This document shows, one piece after another, positions 16,761 through 25,452 of a stretch of 64,000 nucleotides of DNA. Position 1 is the first letter of the stretch, and the number at the start of each line of letters is the position of its first letter. The notes below the pieces were generated by a model, which saw only the letters and a program-made list of their open reading frames with translations, had not been told where the DNA came from and searched no databases. Source of the stretch: Acinetobacter phage Acj61. Location: sequence record GU911519.1. The stretch is one strand, 5' to 3'. The translations under genes were made by a program, and so were the position numbers.

Positions 16761-16847
16761 TGGCGGAAAGAGGAGTGCTCGAAACTCAACCGTTACCAGT
16801 CAACTCGCTTAGCAGGCGGTTCCCAATCCAAGATGGGTTCACTTTCC
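16761..16847 (-). tRNA. divergent type-II tRNA-like, possibly Ser(GCT) or a pseudo-tRNA
   Basis: Loop CTGCTAA, 3-bp CCC/GGG D-stem, non-canonical T-arm GAGT-TTCGAGC-ACTC, acceptor with one mismatch, CCA encoded. Confidence 0.3.
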
Positions 16848-16855
16848 AAATTAAA

Positions 16856-17038
16856 CTATTCAAATTTAGCTTTCAAGAATTCGTACAACGCTCGAGATTC
16901 TTTAGGGTCAAAAGTTGTATCAACTGACTCATATTGCTCATCGTCATACACTGACTTGACTACAAGAATATCGCCATCAAATTCAACGTCGAAACTGCAA
17001 TTTCCAGGTACGGATAAATCTCGTTCTAAGATAGCCAT
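16856..17038 (-). CDS. hypothetical small acidic protein (60 aa)
   Basis: ORF with an RBS AGGAG. Sits where T4 has its internal-protein genes. Confidence 0.4.
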   Translation of the reverse strand: MAILERDLSVPGNCSFDVEFDGDILVVKSVYDDEQYESVDTTFDPKESRALYEFLKAKFE

Positions 17039-17165
17039 TGCTAACTCCTTTAAGTAACTTTTTAAAACGTTCTATTCTTGCAACTAATCGGAATTCAACC
17101 GATAATCTTAGGGCTTATTGTCAGGCCTATATTCTAACTTTGAACTAGTCATCACTAAGAACGTT

Positions 17166-17194
17166 TTAAAAAGTTACCTCAATTAAGAGGTAAC
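17166..17194 (-). terminator. intrinsic terminator
   Basis: Minus strand reads GTTACCTC-TTAATT-GAGGTAAC followed by TTTTTAAAA. Confidence 0.6.
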
Positions 17195-17206
17195 TCCGAG
17201 GTAAAT

Positions 17207-17653
17207 TTAATCCAATTCAGGGTCAAATGGACCATCAATATACAATGAAGCGATTTCATCAAAATCTTCAGTTACGAATGCCAATGTCGGCACTGCATTT
17301 TCAGAAGTTTTGATTGTGAGTTGAGTACCAAGATGATTTTCAACTACTCCAACGAGTTTGCGTACATCGAGTACAAACTGTGCAATGAGTGATTGTTGCA
17401 CCTTATGATTGACCGTCACAACTGTTTTGTTCGGATTTTCGAGTTGCAATGTTTCAGCAAGTTCTTCGAAAGTTTCAGTAACGTATACTGATTTTGGCTG
17501 AGCAACTGCAGCTGGTTTGAATACTACGCCAGTGTTGCCGTGTACATCTTTGAATAAGCCAACGATGTTTTCTGTGTCAAGTACAAAGCGACGAGTATTA
17601 GTTGCTTGTGGAAGACGGGTGTCGACGGTTAAGATGATTTTAGCCATGTTCAA
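17207..17653 (-). CDS. hypothetical protein (148 aa)
   Basis: ORF between the tRNA cluster and the 57B homolog. Confidence 0.5.
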   Translation of the reverse strand: MNMAKIILTVDTRLPQATNTRRFVLDTENIVGLFKDVHGNTGVVFKPAAVAQPKSVYVTETFEELAETLQLENPNKTVVTVNHKVQQSLIAQFVLDVRKLVGVVENHLGTQLTIKTSENAVPTLAFVTEDFDEIASLYIDGPFDPELD

Positions 17654-17707
17654 TTTCCTTCGTGGATTGATTTCGATTCAAGTGATTTGATAAATTTATT
17701 TATACGA

Positions 17708-17956
17708 TTACTTGTTCATACTCATACCTCGCAATTTCAGGGTTAGTTCATCATAATACTGAGCAACGAAATGACGAATTACTTCGAAGATACATCCTAC
17801 TGCAGCCATTTTAAATGCTTGCATTGCAAGAGATTTCATTTCGGCGTTAGTCATCAAAACTCCTAGAGCTACTGTGCCGAGAATCGTAATTGCAGCCAAA
17901 GCTAAAAATACATTTCGAACAATAATTGAAGATTTGATAATAACTTGCTTGATCAT
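17708..17956 (-). CDS. small membrane protein (82 aa)
   Basis: Two hydrophobic segments. Confidence 0.45.
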   Translation of the reverse strand: MIKQVIIKSSIIVRNVFLALAAITILGTVALGVLMTNAEMKSLAMQAFKMAAVGCIFEVIRHFVAQYYDELTLKLRGMSMNK

Positions 17957-18046
17957 GATGTTTTACTCAATGTAATATTTGATAAGACTATAATAACACA
18001 TTTTTCAACAAAAGTAACCTGCTTTACGAAAATAATTTTTGATTGA

Positions 18047-18511
18047 TCAAATTTTATCCTTTGTCCAATCTAGGTCCAGATCTTCCACAACTTCGTGTGA
18101 AACAACGATAGGCATATTGACATCTGCGATCGTCAGATCAACAGCTTGAGCACCAAGATTATAAGACAACGTTATGTGAGGCTTGTAATCAGGATAATCG
18201 TATGTAGCACCTAAGATGCGAGAATATTTGTGGCGTTCTACCAAGTACTCAGATTCCAAACAAAGAATTAGAGCAGGTCCATTGTTGGTTTGCCATACTT
18301 CTAAATGATTTTTGTTTGAAACTTCGAGAGATGCATTCGATGCAGTGAATGGCACATTAACTCGTGAGAAGCAAATTGTAGTATGCAGATCAGCACGAGA
18401 AACAGGATTAAGAAGACCCAAATATTTCTGAATCTTCTCAATACGATCTAATGTGTCTTCAGTGAACTTGGCAGAAACGTAAGTTCCTTTGTCAACTTCA
18501 CTGAATTTCAT
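18047..18511 (-). CDS. acb1: 2H-phosphoesterase, T4 gp57B/Acb1-like (anti-CBASS cyclic-oligonucleotide phosphodiesterase; 154 aa)
   Basis: Two H-x-T motifs ('HTTI', 'HITL') about 80 aa apart. Size and position (57B-57A-1) match T4 gene 57B. Confidence 0.65.
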   Translation of the reverse strand: MKFSEVDKGTYVSAKFTEDTLDRIEKIQKYLGLLNPVSRADLHTTICFSRVNVPFTASNASLEVSNKNHLEVWQTNNGPALILCLESEYLVERHKYSRILGATYDYPDYKPHITLSYNLGAQAVDLTIADVNMPIVVSHEVVEDLDLDWTKDKI

Positions 18512-18771
18512 TATTCACCTTCGACAGTTGCAGCTTTAAGCGAATCGCGTTCTTCAACAATAGCTTCAACTGCTGATACGATATCAGCAAGCTGAACTTG
18601 GCCATTTTCTGAAGCTGGCAGTTCAATAGCTTGAACGATGCTAGTCAAAACATCAGCAAGTTCTTTTGTTTGAGCTTGCGCTTGAGTAAGAGCATCTTGG
18701 GTATCTAAGATACGTGATTTCAAGTTTTGAATTTGAAGCTCTTGGCGTTGTTCGTTTGTTAATTCAGACAT
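18511..18771 (-). CDS. 57A: gp57A tail-fibre assembly chaperone (86 aa)
   Basis: Coiled-coil protein. 'LKSRILDTQD' matches the recalled T4 gp57A sequence, and the synteny fits. Confidence 0.65.
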   Translation of the reverse strand: MSELTNEQRQELQIQNLKSRILDTQDALTQAQAQTKELADVLTSIVQAIELPASENGQVQLADIVSAVEAIVEERDSLKAATVEGE

Positions 18772-19512
18772 TTATATTACCTCTAACACTTTTGATTTAA
18801 GATCAGCAATTGACCCGTTGTTTTGAATGACAATATCAGTAGGAGCAGGTTTTAATCCAGCTTCTGTGATGTGGTCATCGATTCTGTTTTTATTTATACG
18901 ATCTTCACGTTCAACAAAAATAATTATTGCACCTAAATCACGCATTAATTGAATTTCATGTTCTTGACGAATGTCAGAAATGATGAAATATGGAGTGTCT
19001 TCTGAATCAGTGTTCAAAAACTCATTCAGCATGCAACGATTCCAGAATTGTGTATCAATCAAGTTGACAACAATATCTGTGCCTAAAACTTGCATGAAAC
19101 GACGTACACACCAGTAATCTGTTGAGTTCCAGAGCAATGATTCAATTTGAGAATTGATCGAATGTACTTGTACGGTCTTTTTCTGTTTGAGACCGAGCAA
19201 CTGTTCAAGATATTTAACCGAAGTTTGCATCAACTCAATCGCATCAGCATTTGAGATATTGATTGGACGTTCACGATCATAATCTTGACCTGTTAAAGGG
19301 TCGATACCATCAAAGTGTTCACGTGTTAAATCGACACCAGATTTGTTTTTAAGATTGATCATATTGTACGCATATGATAATGCTTCTTTGATTGGCTTTG
19401 CCAATGCATATTTTACAGCTAAGGGATTCTCAGCTATTATGATGTCGGCGACCGTGTCTTTACCAGATCGTTTTTTGCCGACTACACAGAGAAATTTCAT
19501 AACCACCTCCAA
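18772..19512 (-). CDS. 1: gp1 deoxynucleoside monophosphate kinase (246 aa)
   Basis: P-loop 'VGKKRSGKDT', and overall similarity to the recalled T4 gp1 sequence. Confidence 0.85.
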   Translation of the reverse strand: MEVVMKFLCVVGKKRSGKDTVADIIIAENPLAVKYALAKPIKEALSYAYNMINLKNKSGVDLTREHFDGIDPLTGQDYDRERPINISNADAIELMQTSVKYLEQLLGLKQKKTVQVHSINSQIESLLWNSTDYWCVRRFMQVLGTDIVVNLIDTQFWNRCMLNEFLNTDSEDTPYFIISDIRQEHEIQLMRDLGAIIIFVEREDRINKNRIDDHITEAGLKPAPTDIVIQNNGSIADLKSKVLEVI

Positions 19513-19544
19513 CGTAGATAAGATGATTATATACCAACTTTTTA

Positions 19545-20144
19545 TTAAGCACGTTGACTTGGGTGCCTCCCAATTTTAGGAGCTGATTCGCCAGTCGTTT
19601 GTCCACGCTCGGTGATTGATTCACGAGTCTCAATGATACGTCCATCTTTTTCGATGACATAGTACTTGTAATTAAATGTAGCTACGCATGAAACAGCTGG
19701 ATCAGAGTCTTCAACAAATGTGTACTCAATTTCGCCAAGGTCGGAACACCAAGCTCCATAGTAATGAATTGACATGACAATGTTCTCTTTTGTGTTATCG
19801 AGAATATGCAATGTGATAAATTTTGGAAGCGTGCCTTCATGCCAGCCCATGTTGTCATGAGTCAAGTAGTTATTGATTGAAAGCATCCATGTGTACAAGT
19901 CAACCCATGCATCAAGATTTTCATCGACAAGGAATCGAACTACTAATGGGTCAAACTCGACAGTCGAGCCAGGCAAGTTAGCACGTGCCAATCCCTTTGT
20001 GCCAGCTGGCGTGTTAGTTGGTGGAATCCGGATGCCAGGAATTAAAGCACTTTGGACGTTTAACTTGAATGCTCGTGTGATATTCGCGTCTGGAATATCT
20101 AAAGCAAAGTTGGTAATGTTGGTTTGATTGTATGCTACTGACAT
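19545..20144 (-). CDS. 3: gp3 tail completion / sheath stabiliser (199 aa, start at an internal Met with RBS GAGAG)
   Basis: Position between genes 1 and 2. The upstream in-frame extension back to 20201 is unlikely to be translated. Confidence 0.5.
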   Translation of the reverse strand: MSVAYNQTNITNFALDIPDANITRAFKLNVQSALIPGIRIPPTNTPAGTKGLARANLPGSTVEFDPLVVRFLVDENLDAWVDLYTWMLSINNYLTHDNMGWHEGTLPKFITLHILDNTKENIVMSIHYYGAWCSDLGEIEYTFVEDSDPAVSCVATFNYKYYVIEKDGRIIETRESITERGQTTGESAPKIGRHPSQRA

Positions 20145-20356
20145 AATTCTCTCTTTGTATAAAATTTGATCGCTTGATTCGAGACTAAATATGCTATCCA
20201 CGGAAATTGTTTATAATAGCTTCAGCTGCTTCCGCCGTTCAAAGTTATTCATTTGGTCGGAATAGATAGAGGGTCAGATGTTTCAGATTTCTCTGATCTA
20301 TAACGACGAAAATGAATGACTGTGGCTCTGCCACTTGTGCGTAGCACAAAGTCTGA

Positions 20357-21196
20357 TTATTTCCAGACCTTGTTAGCACTAAATTTCTTACCGTTAGATA
20401 AAAATTGCTGTAATGGCATCAACACGACATTTGCCCAATCAGAAGGTTTAATTTCGATAATTGGACCTTTGATGTGTGCGGGTAGATATGCTTTAATCAT
20501 CTGATCAGCGCCTTGAAATCCTTTGACCTTGGACCAGTCAATGTTTAACTTTGTGCTGTTAGTGATTGTCTTCGTGTTAGCATATTGCTTCAATAAGTCT
20601 TCAAGAAATTGCTGACGTGCTTTAGGTGGAATATAGTGCAAGTTCAAACCATGCATGAGCAGTGTGTTACTCTTTGATGACTTGTAGAATCCAAGAAAAA
20701 CGATAAGTGGATATTTGTCCCAGTATGGAAGTGTGTCTTTGTGTTTAGCATCATATTGATATGCATAGACTTTTCCAGGAGTAGGACGAGAAACTTTGTG
20801 TCCTTTGACACCCTTACGAAGAGTATCAGCAAACCATTTCGCAGATTTGTTGTTCTGCGCAGCACCTTTGTCGGCGACTCGAGCCCGCAAAGATTGTCTA
20901 AAGCTATTGATCATTATGACAGCACGATCTTCACGAGTCAACTTGTTGTCAGGCTTTTTAGCTAATGCTTCAGCTTTAACAGCAAGTGCGATCTTCAATT
21001 TGAAACGTGTCATTGATCGACTGAATGTGCTGTAGTTGAGTCCTTTCTCTTCTGCGAATGCTTTGCCAGAAACGCCTTTTGCTTTAGCTTTGTACCATTC
21101 GACACCAATATTGACCCATTGGAGCTCGTCCTTTGTCATCTTAGGCAGATTGCTCTTTTGAATCTGTGTTGATTCATCAATTTGGAAAATACTCAT
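20357..21196 (-). CDS. 2: gp2 DNA-end protector protein (279 aa)
   Basis: Size matches T4 gp2 (274 aa) and synteny 3-2-4 holds. The protein is basic. Confidence 0.6.
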   Translation of the reverse strand: MSIFQIDESTQIQKSNLPKMTKDELQWVNIGVEWYKAKAKGVSGKAFAEEKGLNYSTFSRSMTRFKLKIALAVKAEALAKKPDNKLTREDRAVIMINSFRQSLRARVADKGAAQNNKSAKWFADTLRKGVKGHKVSRPTPGKVYAYQYDAKHKDTLPYWDKYPLIVFLGFYKSSKSNTLLMHGLNLHYIPPKARQQFLEDLLKQYANTKTITNSTKLNIDWSKVKGFQGADQMIKAYLPAHIKGPIIEIKPSDWANVVLMPLQQFLSNGKKFSANKVWK

Positions 21197-21837
21197 ACTA
21201 TCTCCTTCATTCTACAATTGTCGCCATGCCATCGTTTGTATGGAGCTGGCTTGCAGCTCTTTTGACAATGTGGACATACTTTATCAGGGGTATTTATGAA
21301 TGCAGATCGCATAGAGGCTTTGGCTGATTCTGAACGAGGAATACCTCTGAGCAATTCTGCTCGTCGCTTGACATCTTCTTCAGGCATCTTAAATCCTTTT
21401 GTTGCTTTAGAAATCTTGAGCTTAGTAGCATTAGACAATTTCTTGCCTTTATGAGCTACTGACATTTTGGCCTTTGATTCTGCAGAATGAGTTTTACCGG
21501 TTGCAACAATTCTCATTGACTCGGCGATTTTCTTACGAACTTCTTCAGACCGAGCACCGCCACCTTTTCCGCCTAAGTCAATGTTATAGTTTGTATCCAA
21601 CTTAACAAATTCTTCCGTGACGAGTTCTGATTCAGCGTCGAACATTTCTTGTTCAGTTTCAAATACATGCAGAATTTCCTTTGAGAAATTTTCTGTACCA
21701 TGTTTAGCAATAGCCTTCAATATTAATCTTCCTGAGCCAAGATATGAGTCATTCACATCATGAGTTTTGTGAGCCCCGATATAGATTTTGCCGTTGATGC
21801 TATTTGTTACTTTATAGACTGTATAAAAAATGTTCAT
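21193..21837 (-). CDS. GIY-YIG homing endonuclease (seg-like, 214 aa)
   Basis: '[27 protein letters not shown]', plus a C-terminal Cys/His-rich DNA-binding tail. Inserted between genes 2 and 4. Confidence 0.85.
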   Translation of the reverse strand: MNIFYTVYKVTNSINGKIYIGAHKTHDVNDSYLGSGRLILKAIAKHGTENFSKEILHVFETEQEMFDAESELVTEEFVKLDTNYNIDLGGKGGGARSEEVRKKIAESMRIVATGKTHSAESKAKMSVAHKGKKLSNATKLKISKATKGFKMPEEDVKRRAELLRGIPRSESAKASMRSAFINTPDKVCPHCQKSCKPAPYKRWHGDNCRMKEIV

Positions 21838-21844
21838 ATATTCC

Positions 21845-22306
21845 TCAACATACGTACCCTAATTTTCTAAGACCTTCTTCGGTCAAAATTCGAAAATTGA
21901 TTTTGTTTTTGTCTGCTACTGCTTTTGCTGCTTTCCACTTGTCAATGTTCACACTATATGTGTAGATTTCATTCATAAATCTACGTTTAGCACCAGCAGT
22001 TAATTGTGTAGGCTTGATAGGTGGCAGAGTTTCTTTCTTAGGCTTGACTTCAATCAAAAATTCTTGTCCTGTATCATACTTGACCCAGAAATCCATGAAG
22101 TATCGACGACGTTTGCCATCAGCCTGAGAGAAGTAAGGGATAACAACTTCTTCTGAACTCCACTTGACGATTGCGTCATTTTTGTCACAATAATTCATGA
22201 AAAACTTTTCCCAGTTAGAACGATAATGAATTTTTGTGATCTCGCCTTTGTATTTTTCACGATTTTTAGGCATGAAACTGCCGCTGTAGGCCATAAAATC
22301 CTCCAT
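21845..22306 (-). CDS. 4: gp4 head completion protein (153 aa)
   Basis: Size and synteny (T4 gp4 is 150 aa). Confidence 0.6.
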   Translation of the reverse strand: MEDFMAYSGSFMPKNREKYKGEITKIHYRSNWEKFFMNYCDKNDAIVKWSSEEVVIPYFSQADGKRRRYFMDFWVKYDTGQEFLIEVKPKKETLPPIKPTQLTAGAKRRFMNEIYTYSVNIDKWKAAKAVADKNKINFRILTEEGLRKLGYVC

Positions 22307-22310
22307 AAAG

Positions 22311-22318
22311 TATAAATA
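22311..22318 (+). promoter_or_regulatory. T4-type late promoter TATAAATA for gene 53
   Basis: Exact TATAAATA about 20 nt upstream of the gene 53 start. Confidence 0.6.
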
Positions 22319-22338
22319 CGACTAGTTAATATTTATAA

Positions 22339-22926
22339 TTGGAGACAACTGTGCTATTATCATTTTATAATCCAATTTACTACTCAGCTAAAACAGTTTC
22401 GAAGAATGCACCTACGATTTTGATGACTGACACATTTCGTAATTACAAACGATACTTTGACAATGTCGCATCAAATTATAACTTAGTGACATACTATATT
22501 CAAGGTGCTCCTCGTCCAGAAGTTTTAGCGTACAGTATGTATGGGAATACACAACTCTACTGGGCATTGCTCATGGCAAATAATGTCTATGACCCGTATC
22601 ACGACTGGATTAAATCTCAAGAAGCGTGTTATGAATCTGTTGCTCAAGAGTATACAAATCCAGAAGCAGTGATTATGTACCATGTTGACATTCGTGGTGA
22701 AAAGTATTACAATCTCGTCGAAGACAAGACGAATCCAGGTTGGTGGTACGATAAAGGCGACGTCGAACAGCTACATGTTCAATTTAGAGGTTCATTAGCT
22801 GCAGTCAATGCATATGAAGCTGCACTACATGACAATGAATACAAACGTAAGATTCGAGTTATTTCGCCATCAGATATTGATAACTTTGTGGCTGACATGA
22901 TTCGTGAAATGGAGCGAAATGCATAA
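22339..22926 (+). CDS. 53: gp53 baseplate wedge protein (195 aa; apparent TTG start)
   Basis: Size (T4 gp53 is 196 aa) and position immediately before gene 5. Confidence 0.6.
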   Translation: METTVLLSFYNPIYYSAKTVSKNAPTILMTDTFRNYKRYFDNVASNYNLVTYYIQGAPRPEVLAYSMYGNTQLYWALLMANNVYDPYHDWIKSQEACYESVAQEYTNPEAVIMYHVDIRGEKYYNLVEDKTNPGWWYDKGDVEQLHVQFRGSLAAVNAYEAALHDNEYKRKIRVISPSDIDNFVADMIREMERNA

Positions 22927-24701
22927 TGAGAATGCAATCAGATGACGTCAACTGGTTCGTTGGCGTTGTAGAAGATCGATTAGACCCGATGCAACAAGGA
23001 CGTGTACGCGTACGAGTAGTAGGCGTACATCCATTCAGTCGAATTCAAGGTGACGTCGCTGGTATTCCTGTTGAAGAATTGCCTTGGATGTCAGTTGGTT
23101 TGCCAGTCACATCGGCATCAGTTTCTGGCATCTCAGGTGCTGTTACAGGTCTTGTGAATGGCTCATCAGTTTTTGGTATCTGGCTTGACAAGTACAAGAC
23201 AAATGGACTCGTACTCTGCTCATACTCGGGTAACCAAGTCAATATTCCTAACAGCGAAGAAGGATTCTCTGACCCGTTTGGACAATATCCAAACAATGCT
23301 GGACCTGACATAAGTGGTCTAAATGCTGGTGGAGCTTATGGCGATGCATCAGGTGCGAATGGAATTCAAAATGGTAACTCGTCAACCGGTATTCTGCCAG
23401 GTGGTAAAGACGTTGCTGGCGAAGACAATAATCCTGCATTGACAATCGAAACAATGCTTCGAGGTGACGAAGGTGTCAAGAATCAAGTGTATTGGGACTC
23501 ATTAGGGTACCCGACAGTTGGTATTGGACACTTGATTGTGTACAAGAAAACTCGAGACATGAATCAAATTCTTCCAATTTTGAGTCGTCAACTTGGCAAG
23601 TCAGTTGGTTCATCAATCAACTCTGCTGATATTTCTACTTTGTTTAAGATGGACCTTCAAAAGGTTCAGTCAGAAATTCGAAAGAACGGAGTTATTGCAC
23701 CAGTCTATGCTAAGATGAATCGATCACGTCAAATGGCATTAGAGAACATGGCCTTTCAAATGGGTACTGGTGGTCTCGCTAAATTCAGACGTGTTTTAGG
23801 GTTCATGGGTGCAGGACAATATGCCGAGGCAGCAGCTGCAGCAAAACAATCTAAATGGGCTCGTCAGACACCTGGACGTGCTAACCGAATTTCACTCATC
23901 ATCAAAAATGGTAATGTTGCCTCGTATGGCGTGTTGCCTCCAAAACCAGCTGGCAAAATGATGCTTCGTTCGAATTTTAGTGAAATGCCTTTCATGGATG
24001 GATTTGACCCATATGATCCGAATGACCAAGAAGTTGTACCTGACTACACAAAGATTCCAATTCTCGACGGTATGCCTGAAGATTTAAGTGAGCCATTTGT
24101 TGAAGAAGAAACCGCTGTGCTGTTCTCAGAACCAAAGAGTTCATATCGTGGTGAGTATCCATACGTTAAAGCAACTCGATCTGAAGGTGGTCACGTAGTT
24201 GAATATGATGACACGCCTGGTCAAGAACGTCATCGTCAAATGCATCCAAGTGGTTCATACACAGAAGATGCTGCAGATGGACGAAAAACCGATAAAGCAA
24301 CAGGCGATCGATATTTCTTGACTGGTGGCTCACGACATGATTTGTGTGAAGGCGAGTACAAAGTCAACGTAGGTGGTGTAGAGACATACATCAATTTCTC
24401 TGATGCTATACAGCAAGTAGAAGGTAATCGTACTTCAAAAATTGCTGGTAATGAGACTATCGAAATTGCTGGCAATGAAATCAAAAAGATCACTGGTGAT
24501 GGCACAATCGAAGTTTCGGGCAATATTAAAATTGTTGTAGCTGGTAATGCATCTATTGACGTTTCTGGTAACACAGAATTAAAAGTTGGTGGTTCTATGA
24601 ATGCTAATGTTTCTGGTAGCTATACTATGAATGTTGGTGGAACGTACAGCGTAACATCTGGTGCTGTTACTTGGAATACTCCTCGATTTGATGTGGTGTA
24701 A
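22926..24701 (+). CDS. 5: gp5 baseplate hub and tail lysozyme (591 aa)
   Basis: T4-lysozyme-like 'DEGVKNQVYWDSLGYPTVGIGHLI', N-terminal OB region, C-terminal beta-helix repeats 'VGGSMNANVSG'. Confidence 0.9.
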   Translation: MRMQSDDVNWFVGVVEDRLDPMQQGRVRVRVVGVHPFSRIQGDVAGIPVEELPWMSVGLPVTSASVSGISGAVTGLVNGSSVFGIWLDKYKTNGLVLCSYSGNQVNIPNSEEGFSDPFGQYPNNAGPDISGLNAGGAYGDASGANGIQNGNSSTGILPGGKDVAGEDNNPALTIETMLRGDEGVKNQVYWDSLGYPTVGIGHLIVYKKTRDMNQILPILSRQLGKSVGSSINSADISTLFKMDLQKVQSEIRKNGVIAPVYAKMNRSRQMALENMAFQMGTGGLAKFRRVLGFMGAGQYAEAAAAAKQSKWARQTPGRANRISLIIKNGNVASYGVLPPKPAGKMMLRSNFSEMPFMDGFDPYDPNDQEVVPDYTKIPILDGMPEDLSEPFVEEETAVLFSEPKSSYRGEYPYVKATRSEGGHVVEYDDTPGQERHRQMHPSGSYTEDAADGRKTDKATGDRYFLTGGSRHDLCEGEYKVNVGGVETYINFSDAIQQVEGNRTSKIAGNETIEIAGNEIKKITGDGTIEVSGNIKIVVAGNASIDVSGNTELKVGGSMNANVSGSYTMNVGGTYSVTSGAVTWNTPRFDVV

Positions 24702-24703
24702 TT

Positions 24704-25165
24704 ATGGCTACTATTTTACCAGAAGAATCGTTGCTTCCGGTCATTATGGAAGGTTCGAATTTCTCATTCACATTTACGAATACTCTTGAGGCAGATGAAG
24801 TTTTAGTTGATTTCAAAATCACTGAGACTGATATGCCTCAAGCTATCGCAATCAATGGACCAACGTTCAGTGGTAATTTCTCTGGACTATTTCAATTGCC
24901 TCCTGGCTCTCTCAAGTATAGATTAGGGAATGATCTACTTGAAGCTAGTTCATTTAATGATCTACCTCCAAAGGGAACTGCAGACTTGTACTCATACTCT
25001 GCTCCACGTCAAATGCTTAAGAATTTCAATATCAAAGTTGAATTGACTTACAGCAAAGGAGAGCCCGGTGCAGAGCAAGTCTTAAATATAACTAAACAGT
25101 ATACTCAACCTGTACAAGGCAATTGGGATACTTTCACAAATATGTTTTTAGCTTATGTGAGGTAG
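24704..25165 (+). CDS. gp5.1-like hypothetical protein (153 aa)
   Basis: ORF between gene 5 and the PAAR gene. Confidence 0.5.
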   Translation: MATILPEESLLPVIMEGSNFSFTFTNTLEADEVLVDFKITETDMPQAIAINGPTFSGNFSGLFQLPPGSLKYRLGNDLLEASSFNDLPPKGTADLYSYSAPRQMLKNFNIKVELTYSKGEPGAEQVLNITKQYTQPVQGNWDTFTNMFLAYVR

Positions 25166-25167
25166 AA

Positions 25168-25443
25168 ATGGCAGCAGTAGCATATGACATGTGCATGACT
25201 ACAGGACATAGTCCTTATCCACCTACACCAATTAAAGCGACTCAAAGCAAATTCTTTGTAGGTGGCATACCAGTCATCGTTAATGGCGATGAAGCACAAT
25301 ATCATGGACACAGTCCTGTTGGAAAATGTATAGCATCTTCAACTAAGGTATTCGTGTCTGGCAAAGCAATTGTTCAGATCGGTGATTCACTGACTGATGG
25401 CGATCATGTTGCTCAAGGCAGCCCAAAACTATTCATATCTTAA
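25168..25443 (+). CDS. 5.4: PAAR-repeat spike-tip protein, gp5.4-like (91 aa; start at internal Met with RBS GAGG)
   Basis: 'PVIVNGDEAQYHGH..GSPKLFI' PAAR-like repeats. Position after gene 5. Confidence 0.7.
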   Translation: MAAVAYDMCMTTGHSPYPPTPIKATQSKFFVGGIPVIVNGDEAQYHGHSPVGKCIASSTKVFVSGKAIVQIGDSLTDGDHVAQGSPKLFIS

Positions 25444-25452
25444 GAGGTCAAT

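Noticed and set aside
16728-17057. 109-aa plus-strand ORF from the ORF track
   Set aside because: It lies antisense across two tRNA genes and the 60-aa minus-strand gene. There is no RBS. It is a spurious reading frame.
25123-25167. N-terminal extension of the PAAR protein (ORF track start 25123)
   Set aside because: It overlaps the 3' end of the preceding gene. The internal Met at 25168 has a GAGG RBS and gives a T4 gp5.4-like length of 91 aa.
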